From Acidimicrobiia bacterium (GTDB lineage Bacteria > Actinomycetota > Acidimicrobiia > IMCC26256 > JAMXLJ01): 64,000 nucleotides of DNA. Positions 47,037 through 55,450 of the stretch are shown here, piece by piece. The translations under genes and the position numbers were made by a program. Below the pieces are notes generated by a model that saw only the letters and a list, made by a program, of their open reading frames with translations, was not told where the DNA came from and searched no databases. The number at the start of each line of letters is the position of its first letter. Position 1 is the first letter of the stretch. The DNA is taken from contig DATBEZ010000027.1 in the NCBI GenBank assembly GCA_036558745.1, positions 8,520-72,519 of the forward strand, written 5' to 3'.

Positions 47037-48260
47037 TCAGTCGCGGGCGAGGAGCGCGAAGTTGCCGCCACCGGTCGGCGGGCCCATCGACACCGCGAGC
47101 GCGACCTCGGGATCGCGTGCGGCCCGGCACGTCTCCGGTTGGTGAGTATGCGCACGGCCGGGGCACGCGTCCGCGACCTCGCCGCGGAGCTGACGGACGG
47201 CCTCGATCGGACGCAGCAACGCGGGCGCGCCCATGTGGCTGAAGCTCAGGCACCCACCGTCGGTGCACGTCGGGAAGCGCCCGTCGACACCCATCACGCC
47301 GGACGCCGCGAACTCGCCGCCCTCACCGCGCCCGCAGAAACCGAGCATCTCCCACTGCATGACGACCCACGACGCGAAGCCGTCGTAGAGCTCCACCACG
47401 TCGACGTCGTCACGCTCCACTCCGGCCATGGCGAAGCCGCGGTCGACCCAATCGGTGGGAAAGGGACCACCGAGCTCGTGCTCGAGCAATGGAGGCTCCA
47501 CGTACGCGGGATAGCAGAGCTGGTCCCCACCGCCGAGCACGACGACCGGCGCGGCGCGCAGGTCGCGGGCGCGTTCGAGCGTCGTCACGACGAGCGCGGC
47601 ACCGCCGCAGTTCACCTGCGCGCACATCAGGCGTGTGAGCGGATCCGCGACCATCGGCGATGTGAGGACGTCGTGGACGGTGTACGGGCCCCGACCGGCC
47701 ATCACCGCGTCCGGGTTCACATGTCCATGGTTGCGGATCGTCGCGGCCACGGCGGCGAGCTGCTCGGCGGTGGTCCCGAACTCGTGCATGTGACGCCGCG
47801 CCGCGAGCGCGAACTGCGCGGCGGTGTACGAGCCGGTCCAGGCGGTGAACTGGTCCGACGGTCGTGTCCACGGCGCGGTGCGCGGGTCCGACGGCGTCGT
47901 CGCGGCCATCCCGATCACGAGCGCGGCGCAGTCGATGAACCCGCTCCGGACGGCCGCGGTCGCGTCGAGCAGCGCGGACACGCCGGTGCCGTTGCCCGAG
48001 TTGACCCCACCGGTGAACCACCGGATGGGGATGCCGAGCTGGCGGGCCCACATGGTCTGGCGCGAGTTGCCCGGCGGATCGGCGAGGTTGGGCCACGCGT
48101 CGACGAGCGGAAACACGCCCTGCAGGTCGTGCTTGCCGAGCCCGGCGTCATCGAGCGCGCGCTGGAGCGCCTCGAGGGCAAGGCTCAGGCCGCTGCGGCC
48201 GTCGGCGTCGCGCGTCTGGACCGTCGTACCGACGCCGACGACCGCGACCGGGCGGTCCAT
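47037..48260 (-). CDS. thiolase-fold protein, SCP-x / lipid-transfer-protein type
   Basis: ATG 48260 overlaps the stop of the DUF35 gene (ATGA). MDRPVAVVGVGTT...GGVNSGNGTG...VNCGGAALVVT. Lacks the classical thiolase I/II N-terminal motif and is paired with DUF35, as in SCPx-type enzymes. Confidence 0.85.
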   Translation of the reverse strand: MDRPVAVVGVGTTVQTRDADGRSGLSLALEALQRALDDAGLGKHDLQGVFPLVDAWPNLADPPGNSRQTMWARQLGIPIRWFTGGVNSGNGTGVSALLDATAAVRSGFIDCAALVIGMAATTPSDPRTAPWTRPSDQFTAWTGSYTAAQFALAARRHMHEFGTTAEQLAAVAATIRNHGHVNPDAVMAGRGPYTVHDVLTSPMVADPLTRLMCAQVNCGGAALVVTTLERARDLRAAPVVVLGGGDQLCYPAYVEPPLLEHELGGPFPTDWVDRGFAMAGVERDDVDVVELYDGFASWVVMQWEMLGFCGRGEGGEFAASGVMGVDGRFPTCTDGGCLSFSHMGAPALLRPIEAVRQLRGEVADACPGRAHTHQPETCRAARDPEVALAVSMGPPTGGGNFALLARD

Positions 48261-48667
48261 CACGCGGGCGCGAACGGGTACACGGTGATCTCGTCGTCCA
48301 CCCGCTCGAAGCGGACGGCGACGGGCATCCCGATCCGCACGTCGGCAGGATCGACGTCGACGACGTTGGTCAACATCCGCGGTCCCTCGTCGAGCTCGAC
48401 GACCGCGAGCACGTACGGTGCCGGGAACGCGCGCGGATCCATGGCCCGGTGCACGACCGTGAAGGTGTGAACGGTCCCCCGGCCCGACATGACGTCCCAC
48501 CGCGCCCGCTCCGACCAGCACTCGGGACACGCGGCGAGCGGCGTCCACCGCAGGCGACCGCAGTCGAGGCAGCGCTGGACCCGCAGCTCGCCGGCGCGCG
48601 TGCCGGCCCAGAACGGCTCGGTCAGCGGTGTGAGGGCGGGTCGCGGGCGGGCGACGGTGTCCGGCAT
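48260..48667 (-). CDS. Zn-ribbon / OB-fold protein (DUF35 family)
   Basis: TEPFWAGTRAGELRVQRCLDCGRLRWTPLAACPECWS...GTVHTFTVVH...VVELDEGPRMLTNVV. Start at ATG 48667 or TTG 48685. Confidence 0.85.
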   Translation of the reverse strand: MPDTVARPRPALTPLTEPFWAGTRAGELRVQRCLDCGRLRWTPLAACPECWSERARWDVMSGRGTVHTFTVVHRAMDPRAFPAPYVLAVVELDEGPRMLTNVVDVDPADVRIGMPVAVRFERVDDEITVYPFAPA

Positions 48668-48766
48668 CGCGGCCCGGTCTACCAAAGTGCGGACGAGCGG
48701 CGCCGTTGGCCGGAGGCCGGGAAGGCGGTGTGAGGGAGCCGAAGGAGAGTCGCGATCAGCGCGACG

Positions 48767-49753
48767 TCAGGAGATCGCGCCCGACACGACGAGCACGATC
48801 TTGCCGATCGCGCTGCCGTCGGCGACGTAGCGCAACGCGGCCGCGGTGTCGTCGAGCGCGAAGCGCGCCCCGATGTGCGGGAACGCGCGGTGCGCGGCCA
48901 TGAGGTCGAGCAGCTCGGCCTCGTTGCGTGCAAGCTCGTCGGAAGCGTGGGCCGCGAAGCCGAGCATCTCGAAACCGACGATCCGGATGCCCTTCAGCAG
49001 CACGAGGTTGAGCGGGATGCGCGGGATGACGCCCGATGCGTACCCGACCGTCACGAAGCGCCCGCCCCACCGCAGCGACCGCAGGGCCGGCTCGGCGAGG
49101 TCGCCTCCGACCGGGTCGACGACGACGTCGGCACCGTCGGGCAGCGCGTCCTTCAGCGCCTGGCGCAGATCGCCGGCGCGGTGGTCGACGAGGCGCGTGG
49201 CCCCGAACGCGCGGGCGGCGTCGAGCTTCTCGGCCGACGACGCGACCGCGGTGACGGTCGCGCCGAGCAGCGCGCCGAGCTGGACCGTGGCGAGCCCCAC
49301 GCCACCGCCCGCGCCGAGCACGACCAGCTCGTCGCCCGATCGGATGCACGCCACCGAGCGCAGCACGTGGTAAGCGGTGCGGTGAGCGACACCGAACGCC
49401 GCGGCCGACACGACGTCGACATCCACGGGGACGACAGTGACCGAGGTGGCCGCGACCGCAACCTCCTCCGCGAACGCGCCCACCATCACGCTCCCGAACA
49501 CGCGATCACCGACGCGCACCGTCGTGACGTCGTCGGCGACCTCGACCACCCGCCCCGCGAACTCGCTCCCCGGCACGAACGGCGGGGGCACTTTGATCTG
49601 GTACTCCCCCGCGACCACGAGCACGTCGGGAAAGTTCACGGCCGCGGCGTCGACCCGTACCCGCACCTGAGCGGGCCCGAGCGCGGGCGGGTCGACGTCG
49701 TCGATCTGCACGACCTCGGGCGCGCCCCACGATGGGCACACCGCCGCCCTCAC
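48767..49753 (-). CDS. NADPH:quinone oxidoreductase-like MDR-family oxidoreductase
   Basis: GTG 49753. VRAAVCPSWGAPEVV...AVNFPDVLVVAGEYQ...VLGAGGGVGLATVQLGALLGATV. Confidence 0.85.
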   Translation of the reverse strand: MRAAVCPSWGAPEVVQIDDVDPPALGPAQVRVRVDAAAVNFPDVLVVAGEYQIKVPPPFVPGSEFAGRVVEVADDVTTVRVGDRVFGSVMVGAFAEEVAVAATSVTVVPVDVDVVSAAAFGVAHRTAYHVLRSVACIRSGDELVVLGAGGGVGLATVQLGALLGATVTAVASSAEKLDAARAFGATRLVDHRAGDLRQALKDALPDGADVVVDPVGGDLAEPALRSLRWGGRFVTVGYASGVIPRIPLNLVLLKGIRIVGFEMLGFAAHASDELARNEAELLDLMAAHRAFPHIGARFALDDTAAALRYVADGSAIGKIVLVVSGAIS

Positions 49754-49760
49754 GGTCGGT

Positions 49761-50567
49761 TCACCGACCGCGCCAGACGGGCGCGCGCTTCTCGATGAAG
49801 GCCTGCGCGCCCTCCTTCGCGTCCTCGCTCGCGAAGACCCGCGCCTGGAGCTCGGCGAGGCGCGCCCACGCGGCCGCGGTGTCACTGACGCCGAGGCGCA
49901 CGAGCTCTTTCGTCGCGCGCACCGCGAGCGGCCCGTTGGCCGCGATGCGATCGGCGTACCGGAGCGCGACGTCGAGTACGTCGGCACCGGGCACGACCGC
50001 GTTGGCCAGGCCGAGCGCCAGGGCGCGCGCCGCGTCGATGTCGTCGCCCGTCAACGTGAGCTCCAAGGCGATGCTGAGCGGCACGCGGGTGCCGATGAAC
50101 GTGCCCCCACCGGCCGCGAGCAGGCCGCGCTTCACCTCGGGCAGCCCGAGGCGCGCGTGGTCGGCGAGCACGATGAGGTCGCACGCGAGCAGCAGCTCCA
50201 ACCCGCCCGCCATCGCGGCGCCGTTCGCGGCCCCGATCAAGGGCACTTCGACCTGACCCCGGATGAGCCGGTTGTACGTGTCGAGCCCCTCGCCGCGCTC
50301 GATCGCGAGGTCGCCGCCGGCGAAGGCGCGCAGGTCCATCCCCGCGCAGAACGCACGATCACCCGTGCCGGTCAGCACGATCGCGTGCACGTCGGGATCG
50401 GTCTCGCCGGCGCGGATCGTCGTCCCGATCGCGTCGACGAGCGACCCCGTCAGCGCGTTGCGGGCGTCGGGCCGGTTGAGTCGCGCGACGACGACGTGAC
50501 CACGGCGCTCGACGACGAGCTCGTCGCGGTCTGACCCGTCGCGGTCGTTCTCGTCGCGGTCTCTCAC
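49761..50567 (-). CDS. enoyl-CoA hydratase/isomerase family protein
   Basis: GTG 50567 overlaps the stop of the kinase gene (GTGA). VVARLNRPDARNAL...VLTGTGDRAFCAGMDL...AANGAAMAGGLELLLACDLIV...LPEVKRGL. Short acidic DRDE-rich N-terminal tail. Confidence 0.9.
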   Translation of the reverse strand: MRDRDENDRDGSDRDELVVERRGHVVVARLNRPDARNALTGSLVDAIGTTIRAGETDPDVHAIVLTGTGDRAFCAGMDLRAFAGGDLAIERGEGLDTYNRLIRGQVEVPLIGAANGAAMAGGLELLLACDLIVLADHARLGLPEVKRGLLAAGGGTFIGTRVPLSIALELTLTGDDIDAARALALGLANAVVPGADVLDVALRYADRIAANGPLAVRATKELVRLGVSDTAAAWARLAELQARVFASEDAKEGAQAFIEKRAPVWRGR

Positions 50568-51589
50568 CGGTCGTACGGCGTGCTCTCCGCGAGCTCCGCG
50601 GCACCCTTCATGAGGTCGAGGACGATCGGGCCGAACGCCTGGAGCTTCGGGTCGACGCCGGAACGCTGGTAGCCCTGCTCGAGGACGACCGCGAGCTTCC
50701 ACTTCGCGAGGATCACGTAGTAGTCGATGTCGTCGACCTGGCGTCCCGACACGCTCGCGTAGTGGTCGAGCACCCGCCTGCGCGACGGCATGCCGCGCAT
50801 GTCGACGTAGCCCGACGACGACGCATCCGTGCTCTCGGTGTCGTCGGGCCAGCTCTGCACGACCCATCCGAGGTCGAGCTTCGGGTCGCCGACCGTGCCC
50901 ATCTCCCAGTCGACGATCGCGGCGAGTCGCGCGGGCGCGCCGTGGTGGTACATGACGTTGGCGAACTGGTAGTCGCCGTGCATGAGCCCGGGGATGTAGT
51001 CGATCGGACGATGCACCTTGAGCCACGCCGCGGCCTCGTCGAAGCCCGGGAGCTCGCGGCCTTTGATCCGTTCGAGGAACGCGGTCCACCGCTCGACCTG
51101 CCGCTCGTGGAACCCGTCGGGACGTCCGAGGTCCGCCAGACCCTTCGCCCGCCAGTCGACGTTGCCGAGCAGCGCGATGCCCTCGACCAGTTGGTAGGCG
51201 AGCCCGGCGCGCGTGTCGAGGTCGGTGTCGAACGGCGGCGGCCACGCGCGATTCTCGAGCCCCATGGGCGACCACCCGTCGACGAAGCCCATGAGGTAGA
51301 ACGCGCGCCCGAGCACACCCGTGTCCTTGCACGCCGCGATCGCGGGCGTGTGGGGCACGTCGGTGCCGTCGAGGGCCTCGATGATCCGCCACTCGCGCAG
51401 GATCCCGTCGTCGCGACTCGCAGGTGCGGTCGGCGGCGGGATGCGCAGCGCACCGTGCAGCTCGCCCCGGCAGATCTCGTAGATCTCGTTCTGCGAACCG
51501 CCCGAGATGAACCGCTGCTCGATCGGCTCCCCCTTGCCGGGCAGCCCCTCGTCGTCCATCCACCGTGCGAGCCGGTCGAAGTCGATCAC
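50564..51589 (-). CDS. phosphotransferase (APH / protein-kinase-like fold) family protein
   Basis: GTG 51589 overlaps the ACAD stop (GTGA). ISGGSQNEIYEI...LMHGDYQFANVMY (catalytic loop)...IVDWEMGTVGDPKLDLGW. Confidence 0.85.
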   Translation of the reverse strand: MIDFDRLARWMDDEGLPGKGEPIEQRFISGGSQNEIYEICRGELHGALRIPPPTAPASRDDGILREWRIIEALDGTDVPHTPAIAACKDTGVLGRAFYLMGFVDGWSPMGLENRAWPPPFDTDLDTRAGLAYQLVEGIALLGNVDWRAKGLADLGRPDGFHERQVERWTAFLERIKGRELPGFDEAAAWLKVHRPIDYIPGLMHGDYQFANVMYHHGAPARLAAIVDWEMGTVGDPKLDLGWVVQSWPDDTESTDASSSGYVDMRGMPSRRRVLDHYASVSGRQVDDIDYYVILAKWKLAVVLEQGYQRSGVDPKLQAFGPIVLDLMKGAAELAESTPYDR

Positions 51590-52887
51590 AGGTTGCCGAC
51601 CTCCAGCTCGAGGAACTGCGCGTACTTCGCCTTCGCGTCGTCGATCTTCCCGGGGATCCACCCGGTCGGCCACATCCCGTCGGTCCCGCGGTAGTCGCGC
51701 AGGAGCTGGCGGGCCACGGTCACCTTGTGGACCTCGGTCGGCCCGTCGGCCAGACCCATCACGCCGGCGGCGTGGATCATCCCGAAGAAGGGCATCTCGT
51801 TCGTCGTGCCGAGCGCGCCGTGCACCTGCATCGCACGCCAGGCGATGTCGTGCAGGACGGTGGGCATGACGACCTTCGCGGTCGCGATGTCCTTGCGCAC
51901 GCGCTTGTAGTCGTTGTACTTGTCGATCTCCCACGCGGTGTAGAGCACGAACAGGCGGAACTGGATCAGCTGCGCGTACGAGTCGGCGATGTAGCCCTGC
52001 ACGAACTGCTTGTCGGCGAGGAGGCTGCCCTGCGTCTCGCGGCTGAGCACCCGCTCGCACATCATGTCGAACGCCTTCTGCGCCATCCCGATGGTGCGCA
52101 TCGCGTGGTGGATGCGGCCGCCGCCGAGACGGGTCTGCGCGATGACGAAGGCCTGCCCCTCACCACCGAGCAGCGCGGAATCGGGAACGCGCACGTCCTC
52201 GTAGTGGATGAGCGCGTGGGAGCCCTCGTTGAGCCGTTCGCCGTGGAGCCCGACGTTGCGCACGATGTTGACGCCCGGCGTGTCGGTCGGCACGAGGAAC
52301 ATCGACATGCCCTTGTAGGGGGTGACGTCGGTGTTGGTGACCGCCATGACGATGAGGAACGACGCGGTCTTCGCGTTCGACGAGAAGTATTTCCATCCGT
52401 TGATGATCCACTCGTCACCGTCCTTCACGGCGCGGGTCTTGAACAGCGTGGGGTCGGCACCGGCGTGCGGCTCCGTCATCGAGTACGACGAGAACAGCTC
52501 GCCGTCGAGCAGCGGCTGGAGGTAACGCTCCTTCTGATCGGGCGTGCCGTAGTGGGCGATGATCTCGGCGTTGCCCGTGTCGGGTGCCTGGGTGCCGAAG
52601 ACGAGCGACGCCCACGGCGAGCGACCGAGGATCTCGTTCAGCAGCGCGAGCTTGAGCTGCCCGTGTCCCTGGCCGCCGAGCTCGGGCCCGAGGTGTGTCG
52701 CCCACAGTCCTTGCGCGCGCACCTCGTCCTTGAGCGGATCGATGATCTTGCGCTTCGCGTCGTCGAGCGGGATGAACTGCTGGTGCGGGAACAGGTAGTC
52801 GAGCGGTTCGACCTTCTCGCGCACGAACTCCGACGCCCAGTCGAGCTTCTCCTGGTACGCCGGCTCGGTCTCGAAGTCCCATGCCAT
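51586..52887 (-). CDS. acyl-CoA dehydrogenase family protein, ACAD10/11-like subtype
   Basis: ATG 52887 after GAGGGGA. GLWATHLGPELGG...QAPDTGNAEII..YGTPDQKERYLQPLLDGE...SMTEPHAGADPT...RLGGGRIHHAMRTIGMAQKAFDMMCER...GLADGPTEVHKVTVARQLL. Confidence 0.9.
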   Translation of the reverse strand: MAWDFETEPAYQEKLDWASEFVREKVEPLDYLFPHQQFIPLDDAKRKIIDPLKDEVRAQGLWATHLGPELGGQGHGQLKLALLNEILGRSPWASLVFGTQAPDTGNAEIIAHYGTPDQKERYLQPLLDGELFSSYSMTEPHAGADPTLFKTRAVKDGDEWIINGWKYFSSNAKTASFLIVMAVTNTDVTPYKGMSMFLVPTDTPGVNIVRNVGLHGERLNEGSHALIHYEDVRVPDSALLGGEGQAFVIAQTRLGGGRIHHAMRTIGMAQKAFDMMCERVLSRETQGSLLADKQFVQGYIADSYAQLIQFRLFVLYTAWEIDKYNDYKRVRKDIATAKVVMPTVLHDIAWRAMQVHGALGTTNEMPFFGMIHAAGVMGLADGPTEVHKVTVARQLLRDYRGTDGMWPTGWIPGKIDDAKAKYAQFLELEVGNL

Positions 52888-52920
52888 GAGCACCACTCCC
52901 CTCGGTCGCGGCCGCAGACT

Positions 52921-53652
52921 ATGCTTCTGCACATCCAGAACGCAATTCTGAACGACGAGGGTGACGGGGACATCGCGTCCCGGATCGCGCGACAGACACT
53001 CGCACGTCGCGGCGTCGCGTACACCGACGAGGTGCGCCGGCTGCTCGACGCCGCGCTCGAGGTCATGCGGCGCTGTGGGACCTCGTCACGTCCGCGCGTC
53101 GCCGACATCGTCGCCACGGCCGGGCTCTCGAACGACGCCTTCTACCGGCACTTCGCGTCCAAGGACGCGCTCGTGGCGGCGGTGCTCGAGGACGGGAGCG
53201 CGCGGCTCCACGGCTACCTCGGCCACCAGATGGCGAAGGAGACGACCCCCGAGGGTCGGGTCCGGCGGTGGGTCGAAGGGGTGCTGTCGCAGGCCGACGA
53301 GGAGATCGCGGCCACGACGCTCGCGGTGCTGAGCAACGGGGGCGGTGTCGGCGACGGCCGCGCGTCGGGCCGGCACTTCGCGAGCGGCGATCTCGCAGAA
53401 CTGCTCCACGAGCCGTTCGCGGCGCTCGGCAGCTCCGATCCCGAGCTCGACGCGTCGGTGATGACGCACGCGGTGCTCGGCAGGCTGACCGACCATCTCT
53501 GGCAGGGCACGCAACCGTCGCCGGAGGAGACCGAGCACATCATCGGTCTGTGCACGGCCGCGGTTGGGGGCGCGCACCAGAGTCGACGGCGCCGCCCGGC
53601 CACGACAAACTCGGGGACGACGCGGTCGCGTGACCGTGCGAGACAGGAGTAG
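52921..53652 (+). CDS. TetR/AcrR family transcriptional regulator (start uncertain)
   Basis: LLDAALEVMRRCGTSSRPRVADIVATAGLSNDAFYRHFASKDALV. ATG 52921 is only 33 nt from the divergent ACAD start, and an inverted repeat lies inside codons 6-10. GTG 53032 is an alternative start. Confidence 0.8.
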   Translation: MLLHIQNAILNDEGDGDIASRIARQTLARRGVAYTDEVRRLLDAALEVMRRCGTSSRPRVADIVATAGLSNDAFYRHFASKDALVAAVLEDGSARLHGYLGHQMAKETTPEGRVRRWVEGVLSQADEEIAATTLAVLSNGGGVGDGRASGRHFASGDLAELLHEPFAALGSSDPELDASVMTHAVLGRLTDHLWQGTQPSPEETEHIIGLCTAAVGGAHQSRRRRPATTNSGTTRSRDRARQE

Positions 53653-53658
53653 ATCGGC

Positions 53659-54501
53659 ATGGGCCTCTTCGACGCGTTCCGCTACGACGGCAAGCGCGCG
53701 CTCGTGGTGGGCGGCGCGTCCGGTATGGGCGCCGCCGTCGCCGAGCTCGTGCAGGACGCCGGTGCCGACGTCACGGTGATGGACTACGCCGACGTCAAGC
53801 TGAAGGGCGCCAAGGCGATCAAGGTGAACCTCGGCGAGCAGGCGTCCATCGACCAAGCGCTCGAGCAGTGCGACGGCCCGGTGCACGCGCTGTTCAGCTG
53901 CGCGGGCGTCGCCGACGGCACGCCGGGCATCGAGAAGATCAACTTCATCGGCCACCGCTACATGGTCGACCGCCTGGTCGAACGCGGTTCGCTGTCGAGC
54001 GGGAGCGCGATCGGGTTCATCTCGTCGGCTGCGGGGCTCGGCTGGGAGGCGAACCTCTCGATCCTCAACGAGTATCTCGACACACCCGACTTCGACGCGG
54101 CCGTGAAGTGGATCGAGGCCCACCAGGACGCCGAGTTCATGATGTCGGGCTACATGTGGAGCAAGCAGGCGATCTGCGCCTACGTCGCGCGCGAGGCGAT
54201 GAGCTTCCTCAAGCAGGGCATCCGCATCAACGCGATCTGCCCAGGCCCGACCGACACGCCGCTCGCGCGCGCCAACGCCGACATGTGGCTGGGGTTCGGC
54301 TCCGACTACCGCGACGAGGTCGGGGTGAAGGCGTCGACACCGCTCGAGCAGGCGTACCCGCTCGTGTTCCTGTGCAGCGACGCCTCATCCGTCATCACGG
54401 GCCAGACGTTGATCACCGACTCGGGCTACTTCCCGTCCGGGGTCACGGGCTCGTTCCCGCCCGCCACACCCGTCGCCACCTTCCTGCTCGGCCGCGCGTA
54501 G
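53659..54501 (+). CDS. SDR-family oxidoreductase (coniferyl-alcohol-dehydrogenase-like subgroup)
   Basis: ATG after AGGAG. KRALVVGGASGMGAAVAE...SSAAG...YMWSKQA (YxxxK)...ICPGPTDTPL. Confidence 0.9.
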   Translation: MGLFDAFRYDGKRALVVGGASGMGAAVAELVQDAGADVTVMDYADVKLKGAKAIKVNLGEQASIDQALEQCDGPVHALFSCAGVADGTPGIEKINFIGHRYMVDRLVERGSLSSGSAIGFISSAAGLGWEANLSILNEYLDTPDFDAAVKWIEAHQDAEFMMSGYMWSKQAICAYVAREAMSFLKQGIRINAICPGPTDTPLARANADMWLGFGSDYRDEVGVKASTPLEQAYPLVFLCSDASSVITGQTLITDSGYFPSGVTGSFPPATPVATFLLGRA

Positions 54502-54515
54502 CCGTCGACAACGCG

Positions 54516-54560
54516 AGATGCGGCACTCACCGTCGGAATCCGACGCTGAGTGCCGCATCT
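54516..54560. repeat. 45-nt palindromic repeat, copy 1 (AGATGCGGCACTCACCGTCGG-AAT-CCGACGCTGAGTGCCGCATCT)
   Basis: 21-bp stem with one mismatch and a 3-nt loop. Near-identical copy at 56488-56532. Shared flank AACGCGA upstream. Confidence 0.75.
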
Positions 54561-54572
54561 TCGCTGGAGGGA

Positions 54573-55436
54573 TCAGCCGATGGCGGAGCGGGTGAAGACG
54601 CGGGTCGCGAGCGCGAGCACCGCGACGGCCGAGACCGCGACGACCGCGAGGCTGAGCATTGCCATGACCGTCGGGTCGCTCATGCCCCAGATGTCGTGCA
54701 GCCCGTGGCCGTGCGGGTCGACGAGCCCGTAGCGCATGAGCGCGAGCGCGTGGGTCAGCGGGAGGAAGCGCGCGAACCACGTGAGCCACCACGGCATCGC
54801 CGTGATCGCGAAGAAGCTGCCCGCAAAGAACCACGGCAGCAAGGCGACCGGTGGCGCGGCGCCGACGTACTCCTCCTGCTTCTCCATGCGGGCGGCGAGG
54901 ATCTCGGCGAGCCCGTGCATCAGCACGGCGATGCCGAGGACCGCACCCGTCGCCCACACCCACCCCGAGACGGCCGTATCGAAGGTGGCCCCGCGCGCGA
55001 CGGACGCGCCCACGAGCGCGACGACTTGGAGCATGCTCACCGCAACGGCCACCGCGAGGTTCCCGAGCACCATCATCGTGCGCGGGGTCGGCGCGGCGAG
55101 CAGGTCGCGCTGTGCACCGCTGTGACGGTCGACGATGATGCCGATGCCGCCGAGCACGCAGCTGAGCGGCACGAGCAGCGCGATGGTCCCGACGGCGAGG
55201 AAGCTCTGGTAGTCGATGCCGGCCGTCGCCGGGATCGTCTTCGCGAGCGCCGGCGCGATCACGTCCGCGAAGAGGATCGGGGTGAGCAGCGGGACGAGGA
55301 TCTCGCGCGGTGTGTGCGCGCTCAGCGAGAACCGTCGTCGTGCGAGGGTGCGGAACGCGGCCGATCGGCTCGGCCGGGTACGGACCGGCGCCCGGGTCCT
55401 CGGCGCCCTGATCGTGGGGGTCGTGATGGTGGTCAA
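54573..55436 (-). CDS. ABC-2 type exporter permease
   Basis: TTG 55436 preceded by GAAGGAG (5-nt spacer), 12 nt after the ATPase stop. Six hydrophobic helices, C-terminal LPLTHALALMRYGL typical of ABC-2/DrrB-like permeases. Confidence 0.8.
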   Translation of the reverse strand: MTTITTPTIRAPRTRAPVRTRPSRSAAFRTLARRRFSLSAHTPREILVPLLTPILFADVIAPALAKTIPATAGIDYQSFLAVGTIALLVPLSCVLGGIGIIVDRHSGAQRDLLAAPTPRTMMVLGNLAVAVAVSMLQVVALVGASVARGATFDTAVSGWVWATGAVLGIAVLMHGLAEILAARMEKQEEYVGAAPPVALLPWFFAGSFFAITAMPWWLTWFARFLPLTHALALMRYGLVDPHGHGLHDIWGMSDPTVMAMLSLAVVAVSAVAVLALATRVFTRSAIG

Positions 55437-55450
55437 CGGAGCTCCTTCGG

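Noticed and set aside
50520-50567. Near-tandem DNA repeat TCGTCGCGGTCT, encoding a DRDENDRDGSDRDE tail at the N-terminus of the crotonase.
   Set aside because: It is a short low-complexity acidic tail. It has only two imperfect copies and is too small to call a repeat element or a functional motif.
49761-51563. 600-aa ORF (and likewise 50564..52060, 47037..48548, 48767..49987, 20894..22744, 56490..59087, 22215..23849) that imply large N-terminal extensions.
   Set aside because: In each case the family-like sequence starts at an internal GTG/ATG that abuts or overlaps the stop of the upstream gene. The extension overlaps that upstream gene in a different frame.
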